Assembly (NCBI GenBank): GCA_026397915.1
Contig: JAPLTX010000061.1
Location: forward strand, 94,731-158,730
Direction of reading: 5' to 3'
DNA from: Verrucomicrobiota bacterium
Lineage (GTDB): Bacteria > Verrucomicrobiota > Verrucomicrobiia > CAIQCK01
Length of the DNA: 64,000 nt
Part shown: in pieces, positions 8,731 through 19,055 of the stretch
Position numbering within the stretch: position 1 is the stretch's first letter
How the letters are laid out: the number at the start of each line of letters is the position of its first letter
Position numbers and translations under genes: made by a program
The notes under the pieces: generated by a model
Seen by the model: only the letters and a program-made list of their open reading frames with translations
Told to the model about the DNA's origin: nothing
Databases searched by the model: none

Positions 8731-10176
8731 TTAGCCAGTCAACTTTCCGCGCAACGCGTCCCGCACCGCTTGCGGGTTCGCCTTACCTTTTGACAGTTTC
8801 ATCACCTGGCCGGTCAGCGCGTTCAACGCCACTTCCTTGCCGGCCTTGAAATCCGCCACAATCTTCGGGTTCGCAGTGATCACCTCATCGCAGAACTTCA
8901 CGATCGCACCGGTGTCACTAACCTGAACCCAGCCTTTCTCCGCCACAATGGCCGCCGGCTCCTTGCCGGTCTTGAACATCTCCACAAAAACGTCCTTGGC
9001 GATCTTCGATGAAATCTTGCCGCTGTCCACCAATTCCACCAGTTCCGCAATGTGCGGCGGTTTCACCGGTGACTCCCCGATGGCCAACTTCGCTTCCGCG
9101 AGGTCGCGCAGGAGATCGTTACAGACCCAGTTCGCCACCGACTTCGCGTTCTTCGACGCCTGGGCCGCCGCCTCGAAATAATCCGCCAACGCCGCGTCCG
9201 CCGACAACACGCCCGCGTCGTAAAGTGGGATGCCGTATCGCTCGACCATCCGCTTGCGTTTCGCGCTCGGCAATTCCGGCACCAGCTTGCGCACTTCGGC
9301 GAGCCATTCGTCGCTCAGCGACATCGGCAACAGGTCCGGCTCCGGGAAGTAGCGGTAATCGTGCGCGTGCTCCTTCGTGCGCATGGATTCGGTGACGCCC
9401 GCCACGTCGTCCCAACGCCGCGTCTCCTGCACCAGCTTGCCGCCGCGCCGCAGCGTCTCAATCTGCCGCTGCGACTCGTAGTCTATCGCGTGCCGCACGC
9501 CGGAGAAGGTGTTCATGTTCTTGATCTCGACCTTCTGGCCGAGTTCCTTCTGGCCTTTGGGCCGGACGGAAATGTTCACGTCGCAGCGGACCTGGCCCTT
9601 CTCCATGTCGCAGTCGCTGATGCCGCCGTAAATCAGGATTTCCTTCAGCGCCGTCAGGTAGGCGAACGCCTCATCCGACGACGACAGGTCCGGCTCGCTG
9701 ACAATCTCCATGAGCGGCGTGCCGGCGCGGTTAAAATCTACGCCGCTGGTGCGCTCAAAATGAAAGTTTTTGCCAACATCCTCCTCCAGATGGATGCGAG
9801 TGAGATGGCAGACTTTCGTTTCGCCGAGTCGCTTTTTGTCCACGACGCCGAAATCGTATTCGACCGTGCCGCCGATGACGAGAGGTAGGTCGTATTGGGA
9901 AATCTGGTAGTTCTTCGGCATATCCGGGTAGAAATAATTCTTCCGGTCGAACTTTGAGTAGCGCGCGATTTTCGCCCCCACGAGCATCCCCGCCAGCACC
10001 GTCTTGCGGATGGCCTCTTCATTGATCACCGGCAGGCTACCGGGATAACCGAGGCATACCGGGCACACGTTGGAGTTCGGCTCAGCGCCAAACTCCGTCG
10101 GGCAGGCGCAGAACACCTTCGTGCGGGTCTTCACCTGCACGTGCGTCTCAAGGCCGATGCAAATCTCGTAGTCCAT
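8731..10176 (-). CDS. gatB: Asp-tRNA(Asn)/Glu-tRNA(Gln) amidotransferase subunit B
   Basis: 481 aa full-length GatB similarity incl. C-terminal GatB/YqeY domain. Confidence 0.95.
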   Translation of the reverse strand: MDYEICIGLETHVQVKTRTKVFCACPTEFGAEPNSNVCPVCLGYPGSLPVINEEAIRKTVLAGMLVGAKIARYSKFDRKNYFYPDMPKNYQISQYDLPLVIGGTVEYDFGVVDKKRLGETKVCHLTRIHLEEDVGKNFHFERTSGVDFNRAGTPLMEIVSEPDLSSSDEAFAYLTALKEILIYGGISDCDMEKGQVRCDVNISVRPKGQKELGQKVEIKNMNTFSGVRHAIDYESQRQIETLRRGGKLVQETRRWDDVAGVTESMRTKEHAHDYRYFPEPDLLPMSLSDEWLAEVRKLVPELPSAKRKRMVERYGIPLYDAGVLSADAALADYFEAAAQASKNAKSVANWVCNDLLRDLAEAKLAIGESPVKPPHIAELVELVDSGKISSKIAKDVFVEMFKTGKEPAAIVAEKGWVQVSDTGAIVKFCDEVITANPKIVADFKAGKEVALNALTGQVMKLSKGKANPQAVRDALRGKLTG

Positions 10177-10181
10177 TGTCT

Positions 10182-11645
10182 CTAAATTGTAGGTTTCGCC
10201 TTACGCCATTCCGTCGTCTGTTCGTAGGCGTGCGCCACTTTCAAAATGGTTTCCTCGCCAAACGGCTTGCCGAGCACTTGCAAGCCAATCGGCAGTTTCG
10301 GCTGCTTCGTGAAGCCGCACGGGACGCTGACGCCGCAAATGCCGGCGAGATTCACGTTCACAGTAAAGATGTCGCTCAGATACATCGTCAGCGGGTCTTC
10401 CGCTTTTTCGCCGATTTTGAACGCTGCTGACGGCGTGGTCGGCGTCACGATGGCGTCGCACTTCTTGAACGCCTCCATGAAGTCGCGACGAATCAGCGTT
10501 CGCACCTTCTGCGCGCGCAGATAGTAGGCGTCATAGTAGCCGCTGCTGAGCACGTAGGTGCCGAGAATGATGCGCCGCGTCACTTCCGGCCCGAAGCCCG
10601 CGCCGCGCGTGCGGCCATACATGTCCAGCGGGTCCTTTGCGTTCTTCGCGCGGGAGCCGTAGCGCACGCCGTCGAAGCGCGCGAGGTTTGCCGACGCCTC
10701 GGCCGTGGCGATGATGTAATAGACCGCCAGCCCGTAATCGCTGTGCGGCAGTGAAATCTCCACGATCTCCGCGCCGAGCGACGCGAGCTTGTCCACTGCC
10801 GCGCGCGTCGCTGCCTCCACTTCCTTGTCCATGCCGGGAATGAAGTATTCCTTCGGCAAGCCGAGCTTCATGCCCTTCACGTCGCCGGTCAGCGCCTTCG
10901 TGTAATCCGGCACCGGCTCCGGCACGCAGGTCGAGTCGTTCGGGTCGCGGCCACTGATCGCGCCGAGCACGAGCGCCGCATCGGTCACGTCTTTCGCGAA
11001 CGGCCCGATCTGGTCGAGCGATGACGCAAACGCCACCAGCCCGAACCGCGACACGCGACCATACGTCGGCTTCAGCCCGACGACGCCGCAAAGCGATGCC
11101 GGCTGGCGGATGCTGCCGCCCGTGTCGCTGCCAAGCGTCGCCGGCACTTCGCCCGCCGCCACCGCCGCCGCGCTGCCGCCGCTGGAGCCGCCGGGAATCC
11201 GCTCCAAGTCCCACGGATTGCGCGTGACGCCGAACGCCGAGTTCTCCGTCGAGCTGCCCATCGCGAACTCGTCCATGTTCAGCCGCCCGAACGGAATCGC
11301 GCCCGCCGCGCGCAGCTTCGCGATCACCGTCGCATCATAAGGCGCGACGTAGCCCTGCAAAATCTTCGACCCGCACCGGCAATTGTGTCCCTTGACGTTC
11401 AGCACGTCCTTGATGCCAATCGGAATGCCCGCCAGCGGTCCCAGCGCTTCGCCGCGCGCCCGCCGCTCGTCCACGTCGCGCGCCGCTACCTGCAATTCTT
11501 CGCCATTCCATTCCAGAAACGCGTGCAGCTTCGGCTCCACCGCTTCCGTCCGCGCCACGACATCGCGCGCCAGATCGGCGGCGGCGATCTCCTTCTTCGC
11601 CAGCCGGTCGGACAGCTCGTGGATGGTCAGTTCGTTAAGGTTCAT
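10182..11645 (-). CDS. gatA: Glu-tRNA(Gln) amidotransferase subunit A (amidase signature)
   Basis: 487 aa, [12 protein letters not shown] amidase signature, Ser-cisSer-Lys triad context. Confidence 0.95.
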   Translation of the reverse strand: MNLNELTIHELSDRLAKKEIAAADLARDVVARTEAVEPKLHAFLEWNGEELQVAARDVDERRARGEALGPLAGIPIGIKDVLNVKGHNCRCGSKILQGYVAPYDATVIAKLRAAGAIPFGRLNMDEFAMGSSTENSAFGVTRNPWDLERIPGGSSGGSAAAVAAGEVPATLGSDTGGSIRQPASLCGVVGLKPTYGRVSRFGLVAFASSLDQIGPFAKDVTDAALVLGAISGRDPNDSTCVPEPVPDYTKALTGDVKGMKLGLPKEYFIPGMDKEVEAATRAAVDKLASLGAEIVEISLPHSDYGLAVYYIIATAEASANLARFDGVRYGSRAKNAKDPLDMYGRTRGAGFGPEVTRRIILGTYVLSSGYYDAYYLRAQKVRTLIRRDFMEAFKKCDAIVTPTTPSAAFKIGEKAEDPLTMYLSDIFTVNVNLAGICGVSVPCGFTKQPKLPIGLQVLGKPFGEETILKVAHAYEQTTEWRKAKPTI

Positions 11646-11654
11646 GCCAGACGG

Positions 11655-11954
11655 TTATTCGACAATCTTCGGCACCACAAAGAGGTAGTTGGCCTGCTGG
11701 GGCGCGTTTTTCAGAAACGGCGCCGGATCGTCCGGCGTTCGCGGTTCGTCCGGCCGGAAGACATTGGTGATCGGCGTGGCGTGCGCCGTCGGCTCGATGC
11801 CCTCGACGTTGACCTCCTTGAGCTTCTCGACGTAGCTCACGATCTGCTGAAGCTGCGCGCCGAACGTTTTTACCTGCTCAGCATTGAGCGAGATGCGCGC
11901 GAGTTGCGCGAGGTATGGCACGTCAATCTTGGGCGCTTGTTGGTCCGGACTCAT
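11655..11954 (-). CDS. gatC: Glu-tRNA(Gln) amidotransferase subunit C
   Basis: 99 aa, immediately upstream of gatA in gatCAB order. Confidence 0.85.
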   Translation of the reverse strand: MSPDQQAPKIDVPYLAQLARISLNAEQVKTFGAQLQQIVSYVEKLKEVNVEGIEPTAHATPITNVFRPDEPRTPDDPAPFLKNAPQQANYLFVVPKIVE

Positions 11955-12085
11955 GAGCGGGCAAGTGAAACGAAAGCGATGAACGCTTTCAAGGAAATTG
12001 TCCTGAAGCTCCAGCGAGCGGCGCAGGCAGACATCCTGTCTGAGCGGCTTTCCTCGTCACGATCGATGAAATCGAGAGCCAAAGC

Positions 12086-13108
12086 TCACACGGCCACCGT
12101 TTTGCCGGTGCGCGCTGATTGCGCTTCGGCGAGACAGAGCCGCAAACCATTGCGGGCGCTGACGCCACTGAGCCGATTCTTCGGCGCGCGCCCGGCAACG
12201 ACATCCACCGCGTGGCGGAGTTCGGCAACGTAGCCGTCTTCGCGGCCGGTGAGGTCAATCTTCTCCGAACCGCCGTCTTCCTTCCAAAGCGTCAGCGGCA
12301 GGTTGGCTTTGGAGTTGTGTTGCAGCGTGCCGTGCTCGAAGTAAACGTCGAAGCCGTGCTCGAAACAAAGACCTTTGGCGGCGACGGCACCGCTCTGCGC
12401 GGTGATGACCATGTTCTTCGTCCCAAAGGCATACTGGGTGACCACGTAGGTGACCACGCCGTCCGATACAATGCCCTGGCTTGTGACGCGTTTCGGCACG
12501 CCGAGTGTATGGGCAATGAAGTCCGAGTCGTGAACGTGCAGGTCAAGCATTGGGCCGCCGCTGAGCTTGGCGTTCTTGATCCAGTCGCCGGTCAGCCAGT
12601 CGGGCATGGAAATGACGCGCTTGAAATGAGCGCCGCGCAGCTTGCCGTAGCGGCCGTCGGCGACGGCTTCGCCCACATAGGCAAACTCCGGGATGAAACG
12701 CAGCACTTGGGCAATGAACAGGTGGCGCTTGGCTTTCTTGGCGGCGGCGAGCATCGCGTCGGCGTCCTTGAGGCTCACCGCCATCGGTTTCTCGCAGATG
12801 ACATGCTTGCCGGCCTGAAGCGCCCGGATGGTTACGTCGCGGTGCGCGCTCGTGGGCAGGCAGATGTCCACAAGCTCCACGGCTGGATCGGCGAGCAGCC
12901 GGTCCGTCTCCTTGTAAGTGGCAATGCCGCTGAGGTCCTGGATGCCGCCGGCCTCGCCGATGTTGCCCTTGATGTCGCTCCAGTCGCCCGTTAGCCGTTT
13001 CTCGATGCTGTCTGCAACCGCGACGATGCGCGCATCAGAAATCTTCTTATAGCCTTTGAAGTGGGTAACACCCATGAAACCGAGTCCGATGACGCCGACG
13101 TTAACCAT
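12086..13108 (-). CDS. Gfo/Idh/MocA family NAD(P)-dependent oxidoreductase
   Basis: MVNVGVIGLGFMG Rossmann N-terminus, EKP motif, GFo/Idh/MocA C-terminal domain. Confidence 0.8.
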   Translation of the reverse strand: MVNVGVIGLGFMGVTHFKGYKKISDARIVAVADSIEKRLTGDWSDIKGNIGEAGGIQDLSGIATYKETDRLLADPAVELVDICLPTSAHRDVTIRALQAGKHVICEKPMAVSLKDADAMLAAAKKAKRHLFIAQVLRFIPEFAYVGEAVADGRYGKLRGAHFKRVISMPDWLTGDWIKNAKLSGGPMLDLHVHDSDFIAHTLGVPKRVTSQGIVSDGVVTYVVTQYAFGTKNMVITAQSGAVAAKGLCFEHGFDVYFEHGTLQHNSKANLPLTLWKEDGGSEKIDLTGREDGYVAELRHAVDVVAGRAPKNRLSGVSARNGLRLCLAEAQSARTGKTVAV

Positions 13109-13441
13109 AATGTTATTCTCCTGTTGCTGGTGAAAAGTGGCGATGGTTCATAGCAAATGTTCCTCCTACTGTCACGTCGGATAAGCCACCCCCTCACTAC
13201 GTCACGCCAACGATGGCAGCACACGGTGACACCGCAGGTGGCTCTGTTGCGAAAACCGTGGCGGAATTTCACCCAATAGGCAGCGGATCCATCGGGAGCG
13301 AAAGGCTCGTGAACGTGCGACCTTTTCACGGTGCAGGAGCGGACCAGCCGAAATAGCAACCAACAGAGGGTTTTTCCTCGCGGGGCGTAAACTTCTCGCG
13401 TAATCTTCCGCCACAATTGGTAGCGGATGGGAAACTAGAGT

Positions 13442-15052
13442 ATGAAAAGCATAGCTGCGCGTTTTCTCCTGCCTTTCAGCGCCGTCGCTGTCATTTTCTC
13501 GACGCTCGTTTTCTACGAAATATACGCAACGAGCCAGCGTATCGCTGACGATTTCGTTCGCCACCAAGCGAACATGGTCATGGAATTCAACCAGGCCATC
13601 CGAGAATATGCGACCGAGACGGCCCAGCCGGCCATGCAGAACATTGCGGCCAAGGACGAGTGCATTTCCGAAGTGATGTCCTCTTCGCTCATTGCACGAA
13701 GCGTCTTCAAGACAATCCAAAAGAAGTTTCCCGGCTATATCGTTCGCTTCGCCTCCGACAAGCCGCGCAATCCAGCCAACCAAGCCACGCCGGAAGAACT
13801 GCGGATCATGGATTTCTTTCGCCAAAACCCGCAAATCATCCAGCAGAGCGAACAGATTCAGATCAACGGCCAGCGTTATGTGGCACAGTTCAAGGTTCTG
13901 CGGACGACGGCGGAATGCCTGCGTTGCCACGGCGATCCGAAGGAAGCGCCGGCGGCAATGGTGAAGCGATATGGCGCAACGGCAGGCTTCCACCGGCAGG
14001 CTGGCGATGTAGCGGGACTCGATACGGTCGCGATTCCCGTGGAGGCGGTTGCTGTCGCAATGGCTGCGGAGATGCGCTGGAAACTGCTGGTTCTGGCCAT
14101 GTGGATCGCCTTCCTGTTCGGGATGGTTGGCTTGGTGTTCCATTGCATGGTGTCACGGCGCCTGGCAGCGATGGCGCGGCACATCCGGGAGCTTGCCACC
14201 AAATCGGAAGTCTCACGGATAACGCCGGAGGGATTGAGAGAGAATGACGAGATTGACGTGCTGGGCATCGCTTTCGACAAGCTTTTTGAACAATTGCGGG
14301 CCATGCAAGCCTCTCTCGAACAACGCGTCGTCGAGCGCACCGCCGAACTGGCGCGGGCCAACGACGGGTTGAAACAAGAAATTGCGGAGCGCCAGCGCGC
14401 GGAGGAGGCAGTGCGAGAAAGCGAGCACCGCCTGCAAGCCACCATCAATCGCGCACCGTTTGGCGCGTATTTCTTCGAGTTACAATCGGACGGACGGTTG
14501 GTGCTCACGGGAGGAAATCCCGCCGCGGAAAAAGTTACGCGGGCGATGAATCAGCAATTTTTCAACAAGGCGATCGAAGACGCCTTTCCAAGCCTGAAGG
14601 GAACAGAGATTCCCGATGCGTTCCGACGTGTTGCGGCCAACGGTGATGACTATCAAAACGATCAGGTCGAATGGAACGATCAGGGCATTCGAGGCGTGTT
14701 TGAGTTTCACGCCTTCCAGACCGGCGTCAACCGAATGGCTGTCTTTTTCCAGGACGTCACCGAGCGCAAGCGGGGTGAAGACGCGATCCGGGCTTCCCTC
14801 CAAGAGAAAACGGTCCTCCTGAAAGAGGTGCACCACCGCGTGAAGAACAACCTCCAGACCGTGACCAGTCTGTTGAACCTCCAGGCGGTCCGCACCAAGA
14901 ATCAAACCGCGCTCGACACCTTGCAGGAAACCGGCAACCGAGTCCGCTCGATGGCGCTGCTGCATGAAACGCTTTACCGTTCGGAGACGTTGGGGCGCGT
15001 GAACTTCGGCAACTACATCGAGAACATCTGCGGCCACCTTTTCCGTTCCTAT
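13442..15052 (+). pseudogene. sensor histidine kinase, 5' portion (DUF3365 heme CXXCH sensor-HAMP-PAS-HisKA_2), interrupted by prophage insertion after ...ICGHLFRSY
   Basis: ORF 13442..15085 ends [10 protein letters not shown] read from prophage end; no HATPase domain; matching HATPase fragment at 50724..51093; paralog 51107..52552 gives colinear template HLFRSHAQKAARIKLE. Confidence 0.75.
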
Positions 15053-15079
15053 CGTAACTACCCGAATAGTTTGAAACGG
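15053..15079 (+). repeat. left terminal inverted repeat of prophage (CGTAACTACCCGAATAGTTTGAAACGG)
   Basis: reverse complement matches right end CGGCACTAACCAGAATGTTTGAAACGG with ~20/27 identity; core CCGTTTCAAAC resembles Mu end-site consensus YGTTTCAYT. Confidence 0.7.
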
Positions 15080-15138
15080 GGGTAAATAGGCGGCGTAACG
15101 CGGGACGCGGAAAGGGTAAAAAGCTAGAATCGGCGGGG

Positions 15139-16629
15139 CTATGGCGTAACGGCCGCCGGACGGCCGCCAGACGGCCGCGGAGGGGCCGCCAAGGGGGCGA
15201 AGACCAGCGTGTCGGCCTCGTGAGCCAGGATTCGGATGTGGCCGCGCAGCAGGTCAGTGTAGGCAGTGCGGCGGGCGTCGTGGAGAATGATGACGCCGCC
15301 GGGGGCCAGCACTTGGATGGCCGCCAGCGCGCACTCGACGCGGCGGCGACCGTCTATGAAAATCAACTGTGGTGCCGGGCGGATGTCCAATGCGCGGTGC
15401 GCATAACGGGAGACGCGGCGGTTGACCGGCTCCAGAAGGGTATCCCATCGGGCCGCGCAAGGCGGCACAGAGGCGCGGGCGCGTTGAAGCCAGGTGTCGT
15501 CGTGCTCAATGCTGGTGAGCCGTGCGCCGGACGGGAGGCGGCCGAGGATGACACGACTGGAAGCGCCTGGCCCCCACTCCAACACGGAGGTGGGCTTGAT
15601 GCGGTCGAGCCATTGCTCAAGGACGGGGACGAAGCTGTGCATGGAGTTGGTCGGCACATTGGAGATTGGAGATTTGAGATTTGAAACCGGAGACAACGGG
15701 AAATGTGTCTTGAGCGCGAGTGTCTCCAGCATTGCCAGCAGCGCGTCGTCGGCAACGCGCTTGGACGCGCGCTCGAACAACTCGTGATCAAGGCGGGCCT
15801 CGGCTGTGAGCGCGCGGTCCGCGATGGCGTCGGCGGGGCCGCAACCGCATCGGTGAAGCCAGGGGATGATCCGCTCGCGAAACGCTGTCTCGCCGCAGAC
15901 CGCGTAGTAGGCGTGCCAGACGTTCATCCAGGCGGGGACAATGTTGTTGAAGCGGTATTGGCCGCCGTCCGAGTTGCGGGAAGGGTGCGTGGTGCCGAAG
16001 AACTCGTGGCCGAGCATCACGTCGTCAAGGCTCACCACGGGCACGCCGGACATGAAGGCTCGCAGGGCCATGCCGCGCTCTTGCGAGCCGTGACGGCCGG
16101 CGAATGTATTCCACCCACCGACGCGCGCGTAGGTGTCGCGCGACATGCAGAGGCCGACGCCGACCATCAGCGGGGACGGTTCCGGCGCGCGCCGGTATTG
16201 GGAAGTGCTGAAGGGGAGTATCGCCTCGTTGTTCGGATGAAAGACGCGCTGGCTGCCGGGCAGCCGGTAGGCGCGCCAGTTGGCGTCGTAGGCGATGTTG
16301 GCGAGCGCGGGGCAGACGATGGCTCCGCTCTCGACGGCGCGGCCCGCCAGCGCACGGATGTCGCCGGCCAGCACGGTTTGGTGGGCGTCAACCCAGAGCA
16401 GCGCGTCGCCCGTGGCGGCGGCCGTCGCGGCGAGTTTGGCCTTGCCACATCCGAGAGGCTTGTCGTGTTTGACGACGCGAACGCCGTCCGGCAGCGCATC
16501 GCAGGAACCGTCCGTTGTTCCGTCGGCGCACACGATGACTTCATCCGCGCCGGCGGCAAGGAAGTCGCGGCACGTCGCCGTGACGCGGCCCCCCTCGTTG
16601 AATGTGTTGATGATCACAGAGAGTTTCAT
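15139..16629 (-). CDS. bifunctional family-2 glycosyltransferase / class I SAM-dependent O-methyltransferase (family 3-like) fusion
   Basis: N-term KLSVIINTFNEG...CADGTTDGS...WVDAH GT2 motifs; C-term VLEWGPGASSRV...LIFIDG methyltransferase motifs; last gene before prophage left end. Confidence 0.7.
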   Translation of the reverse strand: MKLSVIINTFNEGGRVTATCRDFLAAGADEVIVCADGTTDGSCDALPDGVRVVKHDKPLGCGKAKLAATAAATGDALLWVDAHQTVLAGDIRALAGRAVESGAIVCPALANIAYDANWRAYRLPGSQRVFHPNNEAILPFSTSQYRRAPEPSPLMVGVGLCMSRDTYARVGGWNTFAGRHGSQERGMALRAFMSGVPVVSLDDVMLGHEFFGTTHPSRNSDGGQYRFNNIVPAWMNVWHAYYAVCGETAFRERIIPWLHRCGCGPADAIADRALTAEARLDHELFERASKRVADDALLAMLETLALKTHFPLSPVSNLKSPISNVPTNSMHSFVPVLEQWLDRIKPTSVLEWGPGASSRVILGRLPSGARLTSIEHDDTWLQRARASVPPCAARWDTLLEPVNRRVSRYAHRALDIRPAPQLIFIDGRRRVECALAAIQVLAPGGVIILHDARRTAYTDLLRGHIRILAHEADTLVFAPLAAPPRPSGGRPAAVTP

Positions 16630-16638
16630 CTTTATATT

Positions 16639-17937
16639 TCAGGTTGGCTGTTGAGGATTCGCGGCCGCTCCGGGTGTTTCCCCACCGGGGCCGACGGCAA
16701 CTACACGCATCCAGGCTTGCGTCCATTCGAGCGGCAAACCGTTCCAGGCTTCCGTAGCGCCTGGCGTCACACCCGTTCCCCACGGCGTGTAATTCACTCC
16801 GTCTGTTGATTGCTCGGCGTTCAAAGATGTCGCCCCCGCGGAAAGCGAAGGCCACGTTACATCCATCCGCCAACTGTCCGGCGGGTCGCCAACAAGCGCG
16901 AGGTTGGTAATCGTTGGCGCATCGGGTGCCGATGGCGGCGGCGCTGTGGACGTTGGCGTTGGCGTCGGTGGCGGGGCCGTTGGGGTTGGTGTGGCCGATG
17001 GACTCGTTGGGGTTGGCGTTGCCGATGGACTCGTTGGGGTTGGCGTGGCCGATGGACTCGTTGGGGTTGGCGTGGCCGATGGACTCGTTGGCGTTGCCGA
17101 TGGACTCGTTGGGGTTGGTGTGACCGGCGGGGCCGTTGGGGTCGGCGAGGGGACTGTCGGTGTGGCGGTTGTGGTCGGTGTGGGCGTGGCATCAACAATG
17201 GTCATGCTCTCGGATTGTTGGACGTGATTGTTGTTCGCGTCGTAGAGGTGCGCGGTCCAAGAGTAAGCCCATGTGGGGCCGGGGCCGGCCGGGCGGGTTG
17301 GCGTGCCGGTGATGGAGCCGTTAAGATTGAAGCTCAGACCTGGAGGCAGCGGGCCGGCGTCCATCATCCACGTGTAGGGTTCCGTTCCGCCCGTGCCGGT
17401 GTGCTGGAGCGACACGGGATTGCCAACGGTTTGGTTGGGCCAGACACCGCCGTTCGTGATCGCGAGTTGGCCGCCGCTGGAAGGCGTGGGCGGCGAGGAA
17501 GGCGTGGCCGTTGGCGATCCACCGCCGCCACCGCCACCGGTCCCCGTCGGGGTTGGGGTTGCGGAGGGTGAGGCCGTTGCGGTTGACGATCCGCCGCCAC
17601 CGCCCGTCCCTGTCGCGGTCGGGGTTGCTGAAGCCGAGGCCGTTGGCGAGGCCGACGCGGTCGGTGTTGCTGTTGGCGCGGCGATGATGCGAACGCCCTC
17701 CGGTTGTTTGATGGTGTTGCCCTCGGCGTCCGTGGCGCGAATCCACCACTGGAAACGGCCCGCGACGGTCGGCGTGCCAGAGAGCACGCCAAGAAGGCTC
17801 AGTGTCAAGCCGGGCGGAAGCGAGCCATAGATTTTCTGCCACGCGTAAAGCGGCTGACCGCCCGTGGCGGCGTGGCTGAATGAATACGCGGCCCCGACGT
17901 TGCCGTCGGGCAGATGGTGTTTGGATGTGATGCGCAT
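16639..17937 (-). CDS. phage tail fiber-like protein with He_PIG (putative Ig) domains and PT-rich linkers
   Basis: LPDGNVGAAYSF...PPGLTLS...GTPT motif repeated; long PTPTSPSATPTPT linker encoded by 27-bp tandem repeats. Confidence 0.5.
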   Translation of the reverse strand: MRITSKHHLPDGNVGAAYSFSHAATGGQPLYAWQKIYGSLPPGLTLSLLGVLSGTPTVAGRFQWWIRATDAEGNTIKQPEGVRIIAAPTATPTASASPTASASATPTATGTGGGGGSSTATASPSATPTPTGTGGGGGGGSPTATPSSPPTPSSGGQLAITNGGVWPNQTVGNPVSLQHTGTGGTEPYTWMMDAGPLPPGLSFNLNGSITGTPTRPAGPGPTWAYSWTAHLYDANNNHVQQSESMTIVDATPTPTTTATPTVPSPTPTAPPVTPTPTSPSATPTSPSATPTPTSPSATPTPTSPSATPTPTSPSATPTPTAPPPTPTPTSTAPPPSAPDAPTITNLALVGDPPDSWRMDVTWPSLSAGATSLNAEQSTDGVNYTPWGTGVTPGATEAWNGLPLEWTQAWMRVVAVGPGGETPGAAANPQQPT

Positions 17938-17958
17938 GGGCGTGTGGAGGCGGCGTGT

Positions 17959-19055
17959 TTAAGGCGCGGTCGGTGTCGGCGTCGGCGGTGGGGCCGTTGG
18001 GGTTGGGGTTGCCGACGGACTCGTCGGGGTTGGTGTGACCGACGGACTCGTCGGGGTCGGTGTGGCCGACGGACTCGTCGGGGTTGGCGTGGCCGACGGA
18101 CTCGTCGGGGTCGGCGTGGCCGACGGACTCGTCGGGGTCGGCGAGGGGACCGTCGGTGTGGCGGTTGCGGTTGGTGTGGGCGGCAGCGCGGCGAGCACGA
18201 CCATGCCAACGGGATCGTCGGCGTGGTTGCCCTCGGCGTCGGTGGCGCGAACCCACCAGGTGAAATGGCCGGTGGTCGTCGGCGTGCCGGCGAGCGTGCC
18301 GTCGCTGTTGAGCGCGAGGCCCGGCGGCAGCGAGCCGGAAAGCAGCGACCAGGTGTAGGGCGCGACGCCGTCCACGACCGCGAACGCGAAGCTGTAGGCG
18401 GAGCCGACGTTGCCATCGGGCAGGTAGAAGTCGGACGTGACGCGGAAGCCGGTGCCAGTCGTTGGCGTGGGCGTGGGCGTTGGCGTCGGTGTGGCGGTGG
18501 CCGTCGGGGTCGGCGTTGGCGTGGCGGTCGCGGTCGGTGTCGGCCCTGTGCTTGTGGGCGTCGGCGTCGGGATAAATTGAACCGTGCCGAAATCGGTTGT
18601 CTCGTCGAAGCCGGCGGCAAAGACGGTCACATCTTCCTTGAGCCAGGTCTCGATGCGGCCGTCGGGCCGCTTCGCGCCGAACATGACGGTGGACGGCCTT
18701 GACTCCAAGCCCAGGAGCCACTCGGCGGAGACGGCCTCCGGGAACTTGAGGACGCATTCGAGCTTGCCGCCGCGTTTGATGAAGTCGTTTTTGAACGCGA
18801 CAAAGCCCGGATCGTCGAGCGTGCCGGTGGGGACGCCCTCGCCCGCGATGACGCCGACGACGAACTTGTAGCCCGCAACGTTGCGGTAGATGAACTTGTT
18901 GCCGGTCGTCAACGGGTTGGGCGAGAGCGGATGGATGCGCCACTCGACGGCGCTACCCTGAAAGAACTCGATGCGGTCGTAGGTTGGCTCGGCGTCGTCG
19001 TTGATGCCGGTGACGCGCTTGCCGGTGGCGGTGTTGAGATAGATGTCACGCATAG
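17959..19055 (-). CDS. phage tail fiber protein with He_PIG Ig-like domains and PT-rich linkers
   Basis: start MRDIYLNTATGKR chosen inside ORF 17959..19611; YLPDGNVGSAYSFAFAVVDGVAPYTWSLLSGSLPPGL motif; paralogous to 16639..17937. Confidence 0.5.

Noticed and set aside
15040-15090. tRNA/tmRNA attachment site or site-specific integrase at prophage boundary
   Set aside because: Insertion is inside a protein-coding gene; no tRNA-like sequence at either junction and no tyrosine/serine recombinase in the element; transposase plus MuB indicate transpositional integration.
16980-18130. Diversity-generating retroelement targeting tail fibers
   Set aside because: Tail fibers contain repeats but no reverse transcriptase or template-repeat/variable-repeat pair is present in the element.
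16810-18702. Arg/Trp/Gly-rich ORFs (e.g. 16810..17571, 17914..18702, 17321..18943) overlapping tail fiber genes
   Set aside because: Frame-shifted or antisense readings of the PT-linker tandem repeats; no protein-like composition.
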